From NCBI GenBank assembly GCA_027604505.1, contig JADIIX010000026.1:62001-126000 (forward strand): a stretch of 64,000 nucleotides of DNA, read 5' to 3'. The position numbers and the translations under genes were made by a program. Shown in pieces: positions 28,399-39,802 of the stretch. This stretch comes from Gonapodya sp. JEL0774. Lineage: Eukaryota. Under the pieces are notes generated by a model. It saw nothing but the letters and a program-made list of their open reading frames with translations, was not told where the DNA came from and did no database searches. Position 1 is the first letter of the stretch. Every line of letters starts with the position of its first letter.

Positions 28399-29409
28399 GG
28401 CGCGTTTTAGGCTCGCTTGCTTCACAATCGATTGTGATGCTTCAAATGAAACGAAAGCTTCAGATTCTGGTCGGAGTGCGACAGCCGACTGTTCTATCCA
28501 AAATAAGGTTCACCCGTCAACGGATAAACTCGAGGGTCTTGTGGATCCGTATAAATCACGTGAATCGAAACTTTGCCGTCAAACGATGCGATAAACACAA
28601 GTTGTCCACGCTGTCTGGCGAATCCTCCGCACAGCCTGCACCGCTGATGATGTTGAAAACCTGTCGAGGAAAAGATTCAACAGCTAATCCGTTTGAGAAT
28701 CCACGGAAATTGGTTACATCGACATCAACTCAACACTACTACAATATGTAATTACTGTTCGAAGTATTCGAAATAGGCGTACTGTTGCTTGTTATACATA
28801 AACACCCGTCCTCATTGACTTTCCTCTTCCAACGACACTTGACATGTAAACGCAATGCATTAAGCGAGTTCACGACTGACCAACACACAGTCAGCGCCAA
28901 AAGTACGCGTCCCAAATGGTTGCACAACCGCGCAATATGACTCCACCGAACGCTCGAGCACTTGGGACTCGCTTCCATGTTTTCGGTGGGGTGAAGACGC
29001 ATAAACGCGCAACGGTGGAGACTCAGTATGCCGTACCCTATCAAGTCCTCAGCAGAGAATACTTGCTCTCTTGGCAAGATAGGAGGCGTTACAGCCCGTG
29101 GGCACTGAGCTCTTCCCTTTCTCAACTCCCCTTTTTTCGTTTTCCCCTCGGGAAGCACCACATATGTGAGTTGGAAACTGAGTAGACTCAGCACGCACCA
29201 AGCAAAAGTCGGAGCGTACACTTGCTCCCACACGATCTGTCAACATTGGCCTCCGCCGAACCAGACGAGGGGCAGGGCTGATTGTGGCAGAACTTGCTTA
29301 ATTGTGAAGCACATGCCAAATCTACGCAATTATGTAATATATGATGAAAATGTCTCACTAGTAAATGTTCCTTCTATCTGACTACTGTACCAGAACATCC
29401 AGCAAACGT

Positions 29410-31920
29410 TCAGGCGTTCTCGCCATCGACGCTCTCTGCGTGATCACTCCCTTCGTCCCCCTGTCCTTGACCATCTCCCGGCACCACGTCCACCACCACC
29501 ACACCAACAATTTCTCCCACTCGTCCTGCTGGCGTCTCTTTGCATCGCAAAACCTCCACTTTGGATATCCCGACGTCTCTCGCTTTCGGCATTCCCCACA
29601 TGATCAAAGAATCACCATCGGGCGTTGGAGTCAACGTCAACCAACTTGGAAGCGCACGTGCGACATACGAGTAACCTTCGTTGTCTGTTGCCGACGGAGG
29701 AACCATTGACACATCTGAGTAGAAGGCTGCATCAACGTGCGCTGTCACACGGTGTGACGATGGGCCTGAGCTTGTTGCGTCGGACTCGAAACCGTAGGTG
29801 GGACTTGATTCGGTAGATGCAGGACTGTTGTTCAATGTCTCGCCTGCTGCGGACTTGCTCGAGGTGCTGGCACCGGAGCTCTTTGGAGCCGCCGGCGGTG
29901 CAGGGAGAAGGTGGGGCGAAAAACTCTCCTCAGGGCTTTCTTCGGTTTGCAAAAGTGGTGTGGACGATGTTGATGGCGCGGGCCCTGTGCGACTTGACGG
30001 TGTTGCCAATGGAACACTTCTTTTCGAGCCATGAGGCGACGGCTTGTGTGACGGCTGCCGGGTGTCTTCCCCCGAGCTTCTCATTGTTGATCGTGGTCGT
30101 GACCCCTCCGCTTGAACGCTCCGCATCTGCCGGTCCATGGGCGGCGTCGCGAGCCCCAAAGCCACAGGATTGGGCGCAGGCATAGATGCCAATGCGGGCG
30201 GAGAAGCAGCGCCAAAGCTCACGATGTTTGGAGCAGTAGACGACCTGCGGTAGTCCCGTGGCGGCTCTCTCGCTAATCGCTCCGAATGCGCTGCTGATGC
30301 AATACTGTGTGACGAGCGGGCACGTGCAAGATCTGCGGGCGGAGCTGTCGTATCCGCATACATAGAGGACATGGTCGATGATCCAGAAGGCGCGGACCGG
30401 CCCTGATCGGCCATGCGGTGGAGGTGCCGAGGTCTGGAAGGCGTCGACGCTGCCGCGGCGGGCAGGACCAGAACACTCGTACTTGGTGCTCCTGAAAGGT
30501 ACTGCGCGGGACGACGGGCATAGGCTCTCATTGCTTGCGATGCTGCAAGTTCGTCCTTGCCGTTCTCCCCGCCGAAGAGAGTCGAGTCTGAGGTGAGACT
30601 GCGTGCAGATCCATATGCCGCAGCTGCCCCTTGTCTGCGCCTTCGGAGGCAGATATAGAGTCCCACGCCCGCGCACAAGAGACCGAGAATGAAAATGGTC
30701 ACGACGGTCCACAAGGCTGGTACGAGCGCGCCTCCACCACTGCCGCTTGTTGAGCCACCACTCTTGGTTCCACCCCCTGTACCGGAATCTCCACCTGTTT
30801 TGTTTTCTCCATCTGTGGCTCCTGATGACGATGTTGAGTCGACAGCGGCGGTGGGATCGACCCACTCCACAACAGTGGTTGCTGGTACAGTTGTGGTGGT
30901 CATGGTTGTTGTTTTGGGAAGAGGCGGGCCGACATCGATTGTCATCCAGAACAGCGTTTGACTTCCCGCAGGATCAGTAACAGATACGCTGATGCGCTGG
31001 CGCAATATGTGAAGTGACTTGCACGATTCTGTGGGGGGCTTGCCGATCAGAATTCCCTGTGTGCTATCGTTGAGATGAAGCCACACGGGACCCAATCCTG
31101 TCGCTGCAGTGGTTGCGTTTGGCCCGCCTGCGTTTTCCACAGTGGCGCCGAAATAGAGAGGGGCGGATTCGGCGTCGAAGATCCACCAACTCATGGGAAG
31201 GACAAAATCTTCACCGCACGGGGGGACTGGGGTTGTGGGGATGCGAATACCGATGTCGAGTACAGGTGAGACGTCAGGGAGAACGATCTCGGGAGGCGCG
31301 TTGTTGTTCACGAGGATAAGGAAGGAGATGCGGACCCGTTCTTGGTTTGCGGACAGGGGGCCAAAGAAAAAAACGCGAAAACTTGACGAGTTTGTATTCG
31401 GTACGCCTATGAAAACGGAGGTCATTATCGTCATTGATGGCGAAGGATTCAAAGATTATGTGGATTGATACGCACCGGTCAACAGTGTTGTGATCGGATT
31501 CCAGTTGAGCCACGACGGAAGGGGACGAGTTCCATCTATTGCTCGTGGCGTCAGCTGGTCTGCTGTGAGTGTGTAGTACTATTCAAGTGACAAAACATGG
31601 TCGATGAGGTGTAATGGACAAACGGCGCTGTCTGAGTCGAAACGGCGTACACGTACCGAAAGAATCTGATTTGGCATGGCAAACATGAATGGCACCCCGA
31701 TGAATGTGTATCGAGGCGTTATTGTGTCGATAATCTGGCCTGTAGGACCGTTACGCGCATTTCGTGGTTAGATGAAGGTCGACAGACGCGAAAGGCATCG
31801 GCAACAGTTTTTCCATCTGAACGCGCCTTCTACGAGTCCAGGATGACTGATGGCACAAAAAATAAGCCCGAGTAAGCATAGGAAGAGATTCCGTGGGGTC
31901 ATCGCGTTCTTGATGAACAT
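29410..31920 (-). CDS. Axl2-like type I membrane protein with CADG/He_PIG Ig-like repeats
   Basis: Signal-like NLFLCLLGLIFCAIS; LPSWLNWNPITTLLTGVP and PVWLHLNDST..LIGKP repeats; Thr/Gly linker; TM LWTVVTIFILGLLCAGVGLYICL followed by RRRR; long Ser/Pro-rich tail; C-terminal LPSWL...MWGMP domain. Confidence 0.65.
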
Positions 31921-32017
31921 TTGTTTGAAGAGATTGATGAGGATTAGGCCGCTGTGGTACCCGCACTCTCGACCAGGCGAGAAGGGTCACGATCTGAATC
32001 TTTGCCCTTTCCAACAA

Positions 32018-33263
32018 ATGTCCACAAAACTTCGAGCCCTCGTAATTCCACCTAAAACTACACACTCAGCAACAGTTTTCGTACTTCATGGACTTGGTGA
32101 CAGCGGGAACGGGTGAGCTTTCTCAGCCTGATTCTTCGCGGGCCAGGACGTTTCCTCAATACACCCAAGCAGATGGGCGCCCGTTGCTGCTGCTCTCGCC
32201 CCTCTGCTACCGCATGTCAAGTTTGGTTAGTGCTACGTGCCGGAGGAAAGGGGATATATCTTTCTAAATCGTCGGAATCGTTCGTCTCCTACTTTTGACA
32301 AGTCCTGCCACATGCGTGAGCTTCTGAATTCGGTTTTTCGTAGTCGAAACCCAAAAATTGAAATATGATTGACTTTAGGCCGAATCGACCAATAGTAAGA
32401 TCGGTCAGACCACTATATTGAATGTGTGATTTGATTGAAATCGTGATAGACCATCAACCAAGGGATGCGAATGCCAGGCTGGTACGATATAACCTCTTTC
32501 GATTTTGATAGACGTGGGGAGGATGAGGCAGGCTTGACAGAGAGCGTCAAGAAGAGTGAGTCCAAAGATTCCACGGAGAAGCCGATTCGTATCAATCGTC
32601 GAAACTGCGTTCCCCCGATGTTCTGCCCATAGTCGAGGAGCTCATCCAAGATGAAGTGAACGCGGGAATACGCACAGAGCGGATTGTTCTGGGAGGATTC
32701 TCTCAAGGTAGAGAAGCTCTTTCGCGTTGAACTCAATAAGAAAACAAACTAACCCGAATACCCGCTCAGGCGCCGCAATGACGCTTCTGACGACACTGAC
32801 GACTCAACATAAACTTGCTGGTGCATTTGCAATGAGCGGGTACCTGCCCATGTCGAAAAAGTTCCCGGCAGTGGGTACTTCTCTCCGACCTTGTCCCATT
32901 AGTCACGAACGACCCCCTCCCCCGCCCCCTCCCTCCCCCGTCCGTTAATCTCGAAGATCGCAACTGAAGCAAACAAGAAAACTCCTTTCGCTCTCTTCCA
33001 CGGGGACGAAGATGAGGTTTGTTCTCGTACTCATTTGCCAGGTCAACTCCCCGTCGGTTTAATCGTTCCTCACCACTCCTTTGCGGTTACTCACTTATGT
33101 CTATTTCTAGGTAGTGCGCACGGAATATGGCAGGAGCACTTACGAGGCGCTCAAATCTTGGGGTTACGACGTCAAGTGGACAGAGTACCCGGGCATGGGA
33201 CATAGTGCATCGGAGGAGGAGATTGCGGATCTGAGCATGTTTTTAAAGGCATTGATCCCGTAA
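32018..33263 (+). CDS. Acyl-protein thioesterase 1 / lysophospholipase, paralog A
   Basis: HSATVFVLHGLGDSG, VKF|VLPHA|PNRPI|TINQGMRMPGWYDI, RIVLGGFSQG, AMSGYLP, FHGDEDE|VV, EYPGMGHS. Confidence 0.92.
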
Positions 33264-33653
33264 AGGAGCGGGATGTAAACTAGGGACGTATTCGTCAGAA
33301 AGGGAACCATGGATGTGGGATGCACCATTCGCGAAAGCACAGTTGGTGGCATGGCAATCCAAAGGTTCGCGATCGCGTCTCCATTCCCCAGAGCAAATAT
33401 GATCGAAAGCTTTCATGGAAAGAGTTCATACAATCGAATGGATTTTGAAGTACCGTAGAAAAGCTGTTGGATTAGGATGACTTATAGTTCCTCTACTCAA
33501 AGTGTGAGGAGATGGCATTTAGAGATCCCGCACAGGGCACCAGGTCGGCGATGATTTTCCACCTCATCATAACTTCCAGGAAATTGTGGGGGGAAAGGGT
33601 TCATCCACTGCACTGGCGGAGGGGTGGCCTTGAACTTCGATTCCCATCCAGTT

Positions 33654-34598
33654 ATGAAGCTCCAACTTCAGTGGAAGGTCGAACTTGAAAACATCCAGTC
33701 TCTTGCCATCGATGATCCCGCGGATTACCTCTGGAATCTTGGAGTGAAGTGTTCCAGGTGACAACATATAAAGCCGTTCGAATATACGGAAATCAAAGCC
33801 AGGCTCATCGTTCGCTCCATTGATTGGCGTTTCTACGAATTCATGTAAAGCTGCAACGAAGTGAACAACTCAGATGTGACGATGCAAGCGAGTGAGACTG
33901 GTGTCGTGGTTCCCTGCTCATCAGCGATCCGGAGCTTGACTGACAATCAATCACGTATTCTTCCCCACGGGCTCGTTCTCACTCGGTAAGACCAAACCTA
34001 CGAGCTCTCTGGATCAAAAGGCTCCGCAAATTTCGTCTGGCGATGTGGGTGGTGATGCGCACACAGTCGATATCTCGAAGAGCGATAACCTTATCTAAAC
34101 ACCGTGACAGGTAAAGTGAGCATGTACTCGCATTAAATTGAGAGCGAGATGTTTCGATAACGTGGTCTATCAGTTCTGCAAACGGGAATCGTCAGCAGGT
34201 GAGAACTGGTGTCGAATGAGCTCGTAGTACCAGTACACTCATGTCCTTGGTTGCACTTCCCGTTGAAGTCGTTGATCCCGCACCCATTCAACCTTACACC
34301 TCGGACGATTCCGACTTCAAACCGCTCATCACCTTTGACTGCCGTGGTCTCGAGTTCGTGAAATGGATTCCTAGGGTACATCTGCCACCAACTTTAATAG
34401 TTTAACAACACAATTTCTGATCTCCAAATCTACCCACGCGTCCATTTCTAGGATGGATTCACTGCCACCTCGTCGGCATCCTCCACTCATTTTGATGTTG
34501 ACCTCTCCGACTCCGACGGGTGGTACGATTACGATGAGAAAGGGAAGGTCGAAGTCTCTGCCAAGGAATTGGCGTGGAAGTGGATGAAGGTCAAGTGA
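33654..34598 (+). CDS. DUF866/UPF0587 CXXC zinc-binding protein (C1orf123-like)
   Basis: KLQLQWKVELENI, VKCS|SCNE, GSKGSANFVWRC|K|FCKRESS, FDCRGLEFVKWIP, DLSDSDGWYDYDEKG. Confidence 0.88.
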
Positions 34599-35446
34599 AG
34601 GCGACCTGGTCCTCTTTACCAGGACTTGGTATAGTTTGAGTCCAAAATGACAGCAGACCTCATCGCAACACCAGAATACACTCATGGGGTGAATATCAAC
34701 TACCGCCACTTTCAAAATCAATCCAATTCTGTTTTGCTTCCGAGTTCATCGTGCACAGTGTTGCACTTCTAATAAAAGCAATGGATTAGGATCCATCAGA
34801 AACAAAGTTTGATAATAGCGAAACGAACTAGTAGTATCTGGTGACACTGCAACGAAATAAACAAAAGATGAAATGTGGTGTCTATACTAGTGGTAGTTCC
34901 GAAGAAAGGTGCAAAGGTGGTGACGTGAACAGAAAAACAAAATATTTACAAGAAGAATATTCCAAAGAACCCTGGGGATCTGACTTTGCATGGCGATGTA
35001 AAGAAGGGGGCACAGATCAACCCCTTCCGCTACCAGTCTACGCAGCAACTCGAATCCCAGATACCAGAAAAACAATTTGTTTATGAACATATTTTGCTTC
35101 ATTATCGTGTTCGTCAACCAAAGAGTTTCTCCATTCTGATATCAAAGAAAATTCCAGATTACACTTCGTTGATTACAGTAATCAATCGAACTTACAGTAA
35201 TCAATATCTTTCCTTGGTTTGCTCCACTTCGGGTGCATACTACTGTAACCCCAGTCCCCTCCTGCAAAACTCCATCCATTCAAAGAATCAGCCACGCTGT
35301 CCCGTACCATTTTCCCCTCCGTTTGGTTCTGGATCGTGGCCTTCGTGGCCTCAATCGTGTACTACCTGTTCATCACTTCGAAGGGCTCAGACCACGAGCC
35401 GTCGCCGAACGATGCTTCTTCGCTTCGTGGTCCCCCCTTCCCTAAG

Positions 35447-36590
35447 ATGGCACCGCCACTCAAGGCGGTCGTAGTGCCCGCTACGGCAAAACATACAGCG
35501 ACAGTTTTCGTCTTGCACGGGTTGGGAGATTCGGGCCACGGGTGTGTTGGAGTCCTGACACGAAGCGATCTGATGATCGAGCTGCTTATTATATACCTGT
35601 CTCTACAAACGAACTTCCTCTATCAGATGGACGCCAGTTGCCAAATTGCTTTCGAAATCGCTCCCCCACGTCAAGTTTGGTGAGCTGCACACGAAAGAGA
35701 ATGTTGGCTCCATCGGGTGTCACTCACTCCCATGCAGATGGGCATTTAACCCCTTTGACCGGATCATCCACTTCGAACACGCTTCAGTCCTCCCACACGC
35801 GCCGACCCGACCCGTCACCATCAACAGCGGTCACTCGATGCCTGCGTGGTTCGACGTGTTAAGCAGGGACTGGGAGAATAGGGAGGAGGATGAAGAGGGC
35901 ATCATGGAGTCCGTGGCCGCAGGTGGGTTGTTTGTTCGTGATGGGGTAAGATGTGGTTGCTCGGGATGAACGTGTGATTCACGGACCCGATGGGATCCTG
36001 CCGTGGTAGTGGAGGCACTAATGCGAAAGGAGGTCGAGGCGGGGATCCCTGAAAGCAGGGTGGTCTTGGGCGGGTTCTCTCAAGGTGAATTATCACGCTC
36101 TTCCCTTGCACTATGATTTGTCGGAGAGTCACATCAGTCGACTCCTCATCACATGCAACTTTCTTGCACCTCTAGGCGGTGCCATCACGCTCGTCACCAT
36201 CTTCACGACCGACATCAAACTTGGCGGGGCGTTTTCCATGAGCGGGTTTTTGCCGCTCAAGGGAAGAATACCAGCGGTAAGCGGCTCTCGGCAGACCAAC
36301 TTGGACATCTCCCTCTGCTGACCCTCCAACCTGGCCCCCAACCACGTCCTCCACCGACCTCCCACCTCCAGCCGGGCCACCCCACCCACCTTACCCCCAC
36401 CGCCCTCTTCCACGGCACCGCCGACCCCGTTGTGCCCCTCCACCATGGCCGGTCGGCCATATCCCGCCTGACCGCCGCCAAGGTGCCCGCGACCATGAAG
36501 GAGTACCGGGGTATGGGACATACGGTGGACCACGAGGTGTTGACGGATGTGGAGAGTTGGTTGAGGGATGTGGTACCAGAGAGGGGGTGA
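35447..36590 (+). CDS. Acyl-protein thioesterase 1, paralog B; the frame is open upstream to 35249 and encodes a TM helix
   Basis: MAPPLKAVVVPATAKHTATVFVLHGLGDSG, VLPHAPTRPVTINSGHSMPAWFDV, RVVLGGFSQG, FHGTADPVV, EYRGMGHT. Confidence 0.9.
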
Positions 36591-36994
36591 GGGGGGGCAA
36601 GGATGTGTGGTTAGGCAGTGTTTGTGAGCGTCGCGGGGCGGCAGTATCTAATGTGGCTAGGTCCGACAAGGGGAGGAGGAGTCTGTATATTCCTCCAGCG
36701 AAATTTTGCGTAAAACAAAATTACCATATACTTGTTCAGTCTCCCAAAATGGGTTTCTTGGTGGCAAAAACGCTGTTGGTGAGGGTTGCTGCGGGCCATT
36801 TTGTGGCACAGGGACTGCGTGTTATCCGCTGTGCACACACCTGGTGCAGTTTTCAAATGGGCACACCAACAAAACCAATCTGCACACAACGCATGAAATG
36901 TATAATACTACTACTATGACGCACATGTAGTTGTGCAGACACGGGTATCACCATCCTGTATTCGGTACACCCTTACAGGGTTTCTCACGTCCGT

Positions 36995-39802
36995 TCAGTA
37001 GTTCCCTCTCAACATCTCGTTGAGGATGGCGCGGGCGTACACTGCGATGGATTTGTAGATGGTAATCTGGCGAGGGGGCCGGTGTGGGCGAGGGAGGTGC
37101 GTGCGTGGTGCAGAAGCAGGAAGACGGGTCGAATGAGCGCAAGCCAAGCTGAACGTCTCCCCTAGCCACTCTCGCCAATCAGGCCCGCGACACGCTTGCG
37201 GGGATTGCCCACGACGTGTGCCTTCCAGTTTCCACAATCTACAATCTACAATCTACAATCCACAGTCGAGTCCACTGTCCTCCCCACCACGCCCGCACCC
37301 TGGCTTGCCCATACCCTCTTGCCCTGTCTCACACGACGTTGTTGGACGCGAACCAATCGGTCAGGGTCAAACCAAATATCGCGAGGCGAAAGAGGCACAA
37401 CCCCCGGCGCCCCCGTCTAGGACCCAGCATTCATCAGCGAGGTGGGCCAGTCGACTGTCAGATGAACTCGTCACAGTCTCTCCAGTCCCAGCACCTGCCA
37501 GCCCGCCCAGTCCCACTAAACCAAAACCAAAACACCAAAACCCAACAAGAAACAAAACCCCAAAACGAAACTTTCAACTTGCAAGCCCCGAATAATACCC
37601 ACGAAATCCGTCGTCCCAAACACCGAATCGGCCAGCGCAAATCCCAGCGTGGACGGTATGACCCCTCTGGCGTATTCGAGCATGAAGGTGTGCGCGGGCC
37701 AGGACTTGGGGTGTGCGGAGTCGGTGGGTTGAGAGGGGGCAGGTTGCGACATGGTGGTGCGATGGGGGTGTGTCGTGTGAGGTGAGATGGCATGAGTACG
37801 GAGAACAGAGGGCGGGCAAATCAAGGGACGGGAGAAGAGAGACACGCGGACAGGGTCGATGAATAGCACAAACATACACAGACACTAGCCGGCGGCGGCG
37901 GTGGCGGGCGGCGGGCAGCGATGACCCCGGGACCAGAGGCCGCGCTGGGCCGTGTCCCGACCGGTGAGTGGGGGAAAGCACCGACAGCCACAAGGACTCA
38001 TGAGTTACACCCAGCCGGCCGACGGGAGAGGGGAGGCGGCGCACGTAAAGCGGCGCACATACACGCACGCACACGAGGCCCAAGAGATCGGCAAGCCGTG
38101 CCCGCGGTCACGGTCCCGCCGATTCTCCTTGAAAGCCAACCGTTCACCATCCCAGACGTGGAAGGTCGCCTCACACCCTGAATCCCAACCTTCCAACCCG
38201 TCAAACCCTCAAACGCCAAACTTCCTGTCCCTTACTCACCAGCCCCGTAGCCTCCCCCCTCCCGTGCACGATAGTCGTTCCTGGTTTAAACGTCTGGGAG
38301 AACGCCTGTCCCTCTGTCCACTGAGTGAATGATCCGGAGAGGACGGTGTCGTGGACGTCGGCCTGGTCGGAGTGGTGGGGTGAACGGGGGGGCGTTCGGT
38401 GAGATTTGGGTGGTGTGAACGGGGGTTGCGTGGGGAGCGGAAGGGGCACAGCGTGAGGTGCGGGTGGTGCGCGGGTCGGTACGGTCTGGCCTCCGCACAC
38501 CACGTCCGCGGTCCATGCTCTGGGCTCGTGTACCTCCGCGTCCGTGCCCCTCCACCACCTCCCTCGCATCACAACAAGCAAAAAACACCCCGTGCCCAAG
38601 CAACCTACCCAATACCTCCCCGAATGCCCCGACGTGGGCACCGCTGTGCCGAACAGGAGGATGTACTCTGTGAGCGAGGCGTGGAGGAGGAGGAAGGAGC
38701 CCATCCAGCCGCCGGCTGTTTCGGGAGGTCGGATGTGCGGGTTAAAGGAGAGTGGGGTGAGGGAGTGGATGAGTGAATGAGTGGAGGGAATGGGCGACCA
38801 GACCACCGCCACCCCAATCATCGAACCCGGCACATTTCCATCTCCGAGAACTCGAGAGGTTGAGCAGAGGCCGAGATTCCAACCACGGGGAGGTTACGAG
38901 TCGCGAGTCACGACGAGCGAGCCAAACCGACCATGATAATCACACCACTGGTGGTACCGAGAAAACCAACCACCAAAGTCCCGAGCCACGAAGAAACTCC
39001 CCGGCACTCAGCTCAGTCCTCGTTGCCTCGCGCCTTTCCCCCCTGCACCTCCCCGCTCAGGCGTGACAGCAATGTCTCGCCTACATATTGGAAAGGGCTC
39101 CCCTGGTCGGCTCGTGTTCCCCTCGAAGGCTCGAGCGGGTCTCAAAACCGAGAAACGAGACCCAACCACCACCCAAACCACCAAGGTCCACTGTCCTCCG
39201 GCTCGCTGTGCCCCGCCCCTTGCTCACTGCGCTCGGTCCCCAGCTCCGCTCGCCTCCCCCGACATACCGTTTATGAAGATCCAATCCCTGTTGAGATCGA
39301 CGGGCAATATGTGACCTGGGTAAGTTCTTTGGAGGTCATGGACGACGTGCTGGAATATGGCGGTGAGGTTTCCATCTGGGTTTGCCTTGAGTGCGTCGAG
39401 AGCGATCGATTCGATGGAAGCGGGGTCGACAAGCCACTGAAGGAATGACGTCAGAATGAGGGAAGAGAGAAGACGGGAATGACGTCAGAACGAGAGAATG
39501 GGAGATGGGAAGAAGGGAGGAAGGAAAAAAGGGGGAAGTGGGGAGAGTGACTCATCACTCACGTTCTTCCAATAGAACGCGTACATGTGAACCATGCACA
39601 CGGCAGACAGCGCCAATGCAGACCACAGCAGAAAGGGGATGAGGACCACAGCAGGCGATGCGGGCACAGGAATGGTGATGGAGCGCGGCAGCGTCAGCGT
39701 CCATGTCCGCCAGTATCCCGTGGTGCGATCGGCCACTCCAGACCCGTCGGATCCACTCGATGATGCTGTCGATGCCGTTGTTTTTGTCGCTTTTCCGGCC
39801 AT
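36995..39802 (-). CDS. Sigma-1 receptor / ERG2-family membrane protein, 6 exons
   Basis: Exons 39802-39563, 39436-39268, 38715-38609, 38362-38240, 37704-37603 and 37066-36995 give TM...[57 protein letters not shown]...[38 protein letters not shown]. Confidence 0.9.
37234..37260 (+). repeat. Short tandem repeat (ACAATCT) x~4 in the last intron of the sigma-1-like gene
   Basis: The sequence reads acaatct acaatct acaatct acaatc. Confidence 0.8.

Noticed and set aside
28400..29400. Short ORFs or an ncRNA in the 1-kb spacer
   Set aside because: No recognisable protein motif, convincing splice pattern or snRNA/SRP/RNase P signature.
31741..31826. GC donor for the first intron of the Axl2-like gene
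   Set aside because: In-phase GT donors exist a little upstream, so the GC donor is not required.
37361..37437. Possible box C/D snoRNA in the last sigma-1-like intron (TGATGA ... CTGA about 70 nt apart on the minus strand)
   Set aside because: Box C lacks the leading purine, the terminal stem is weak and no rRNA-complementary guide was recognised; it would need an Infernal/snoscan test.
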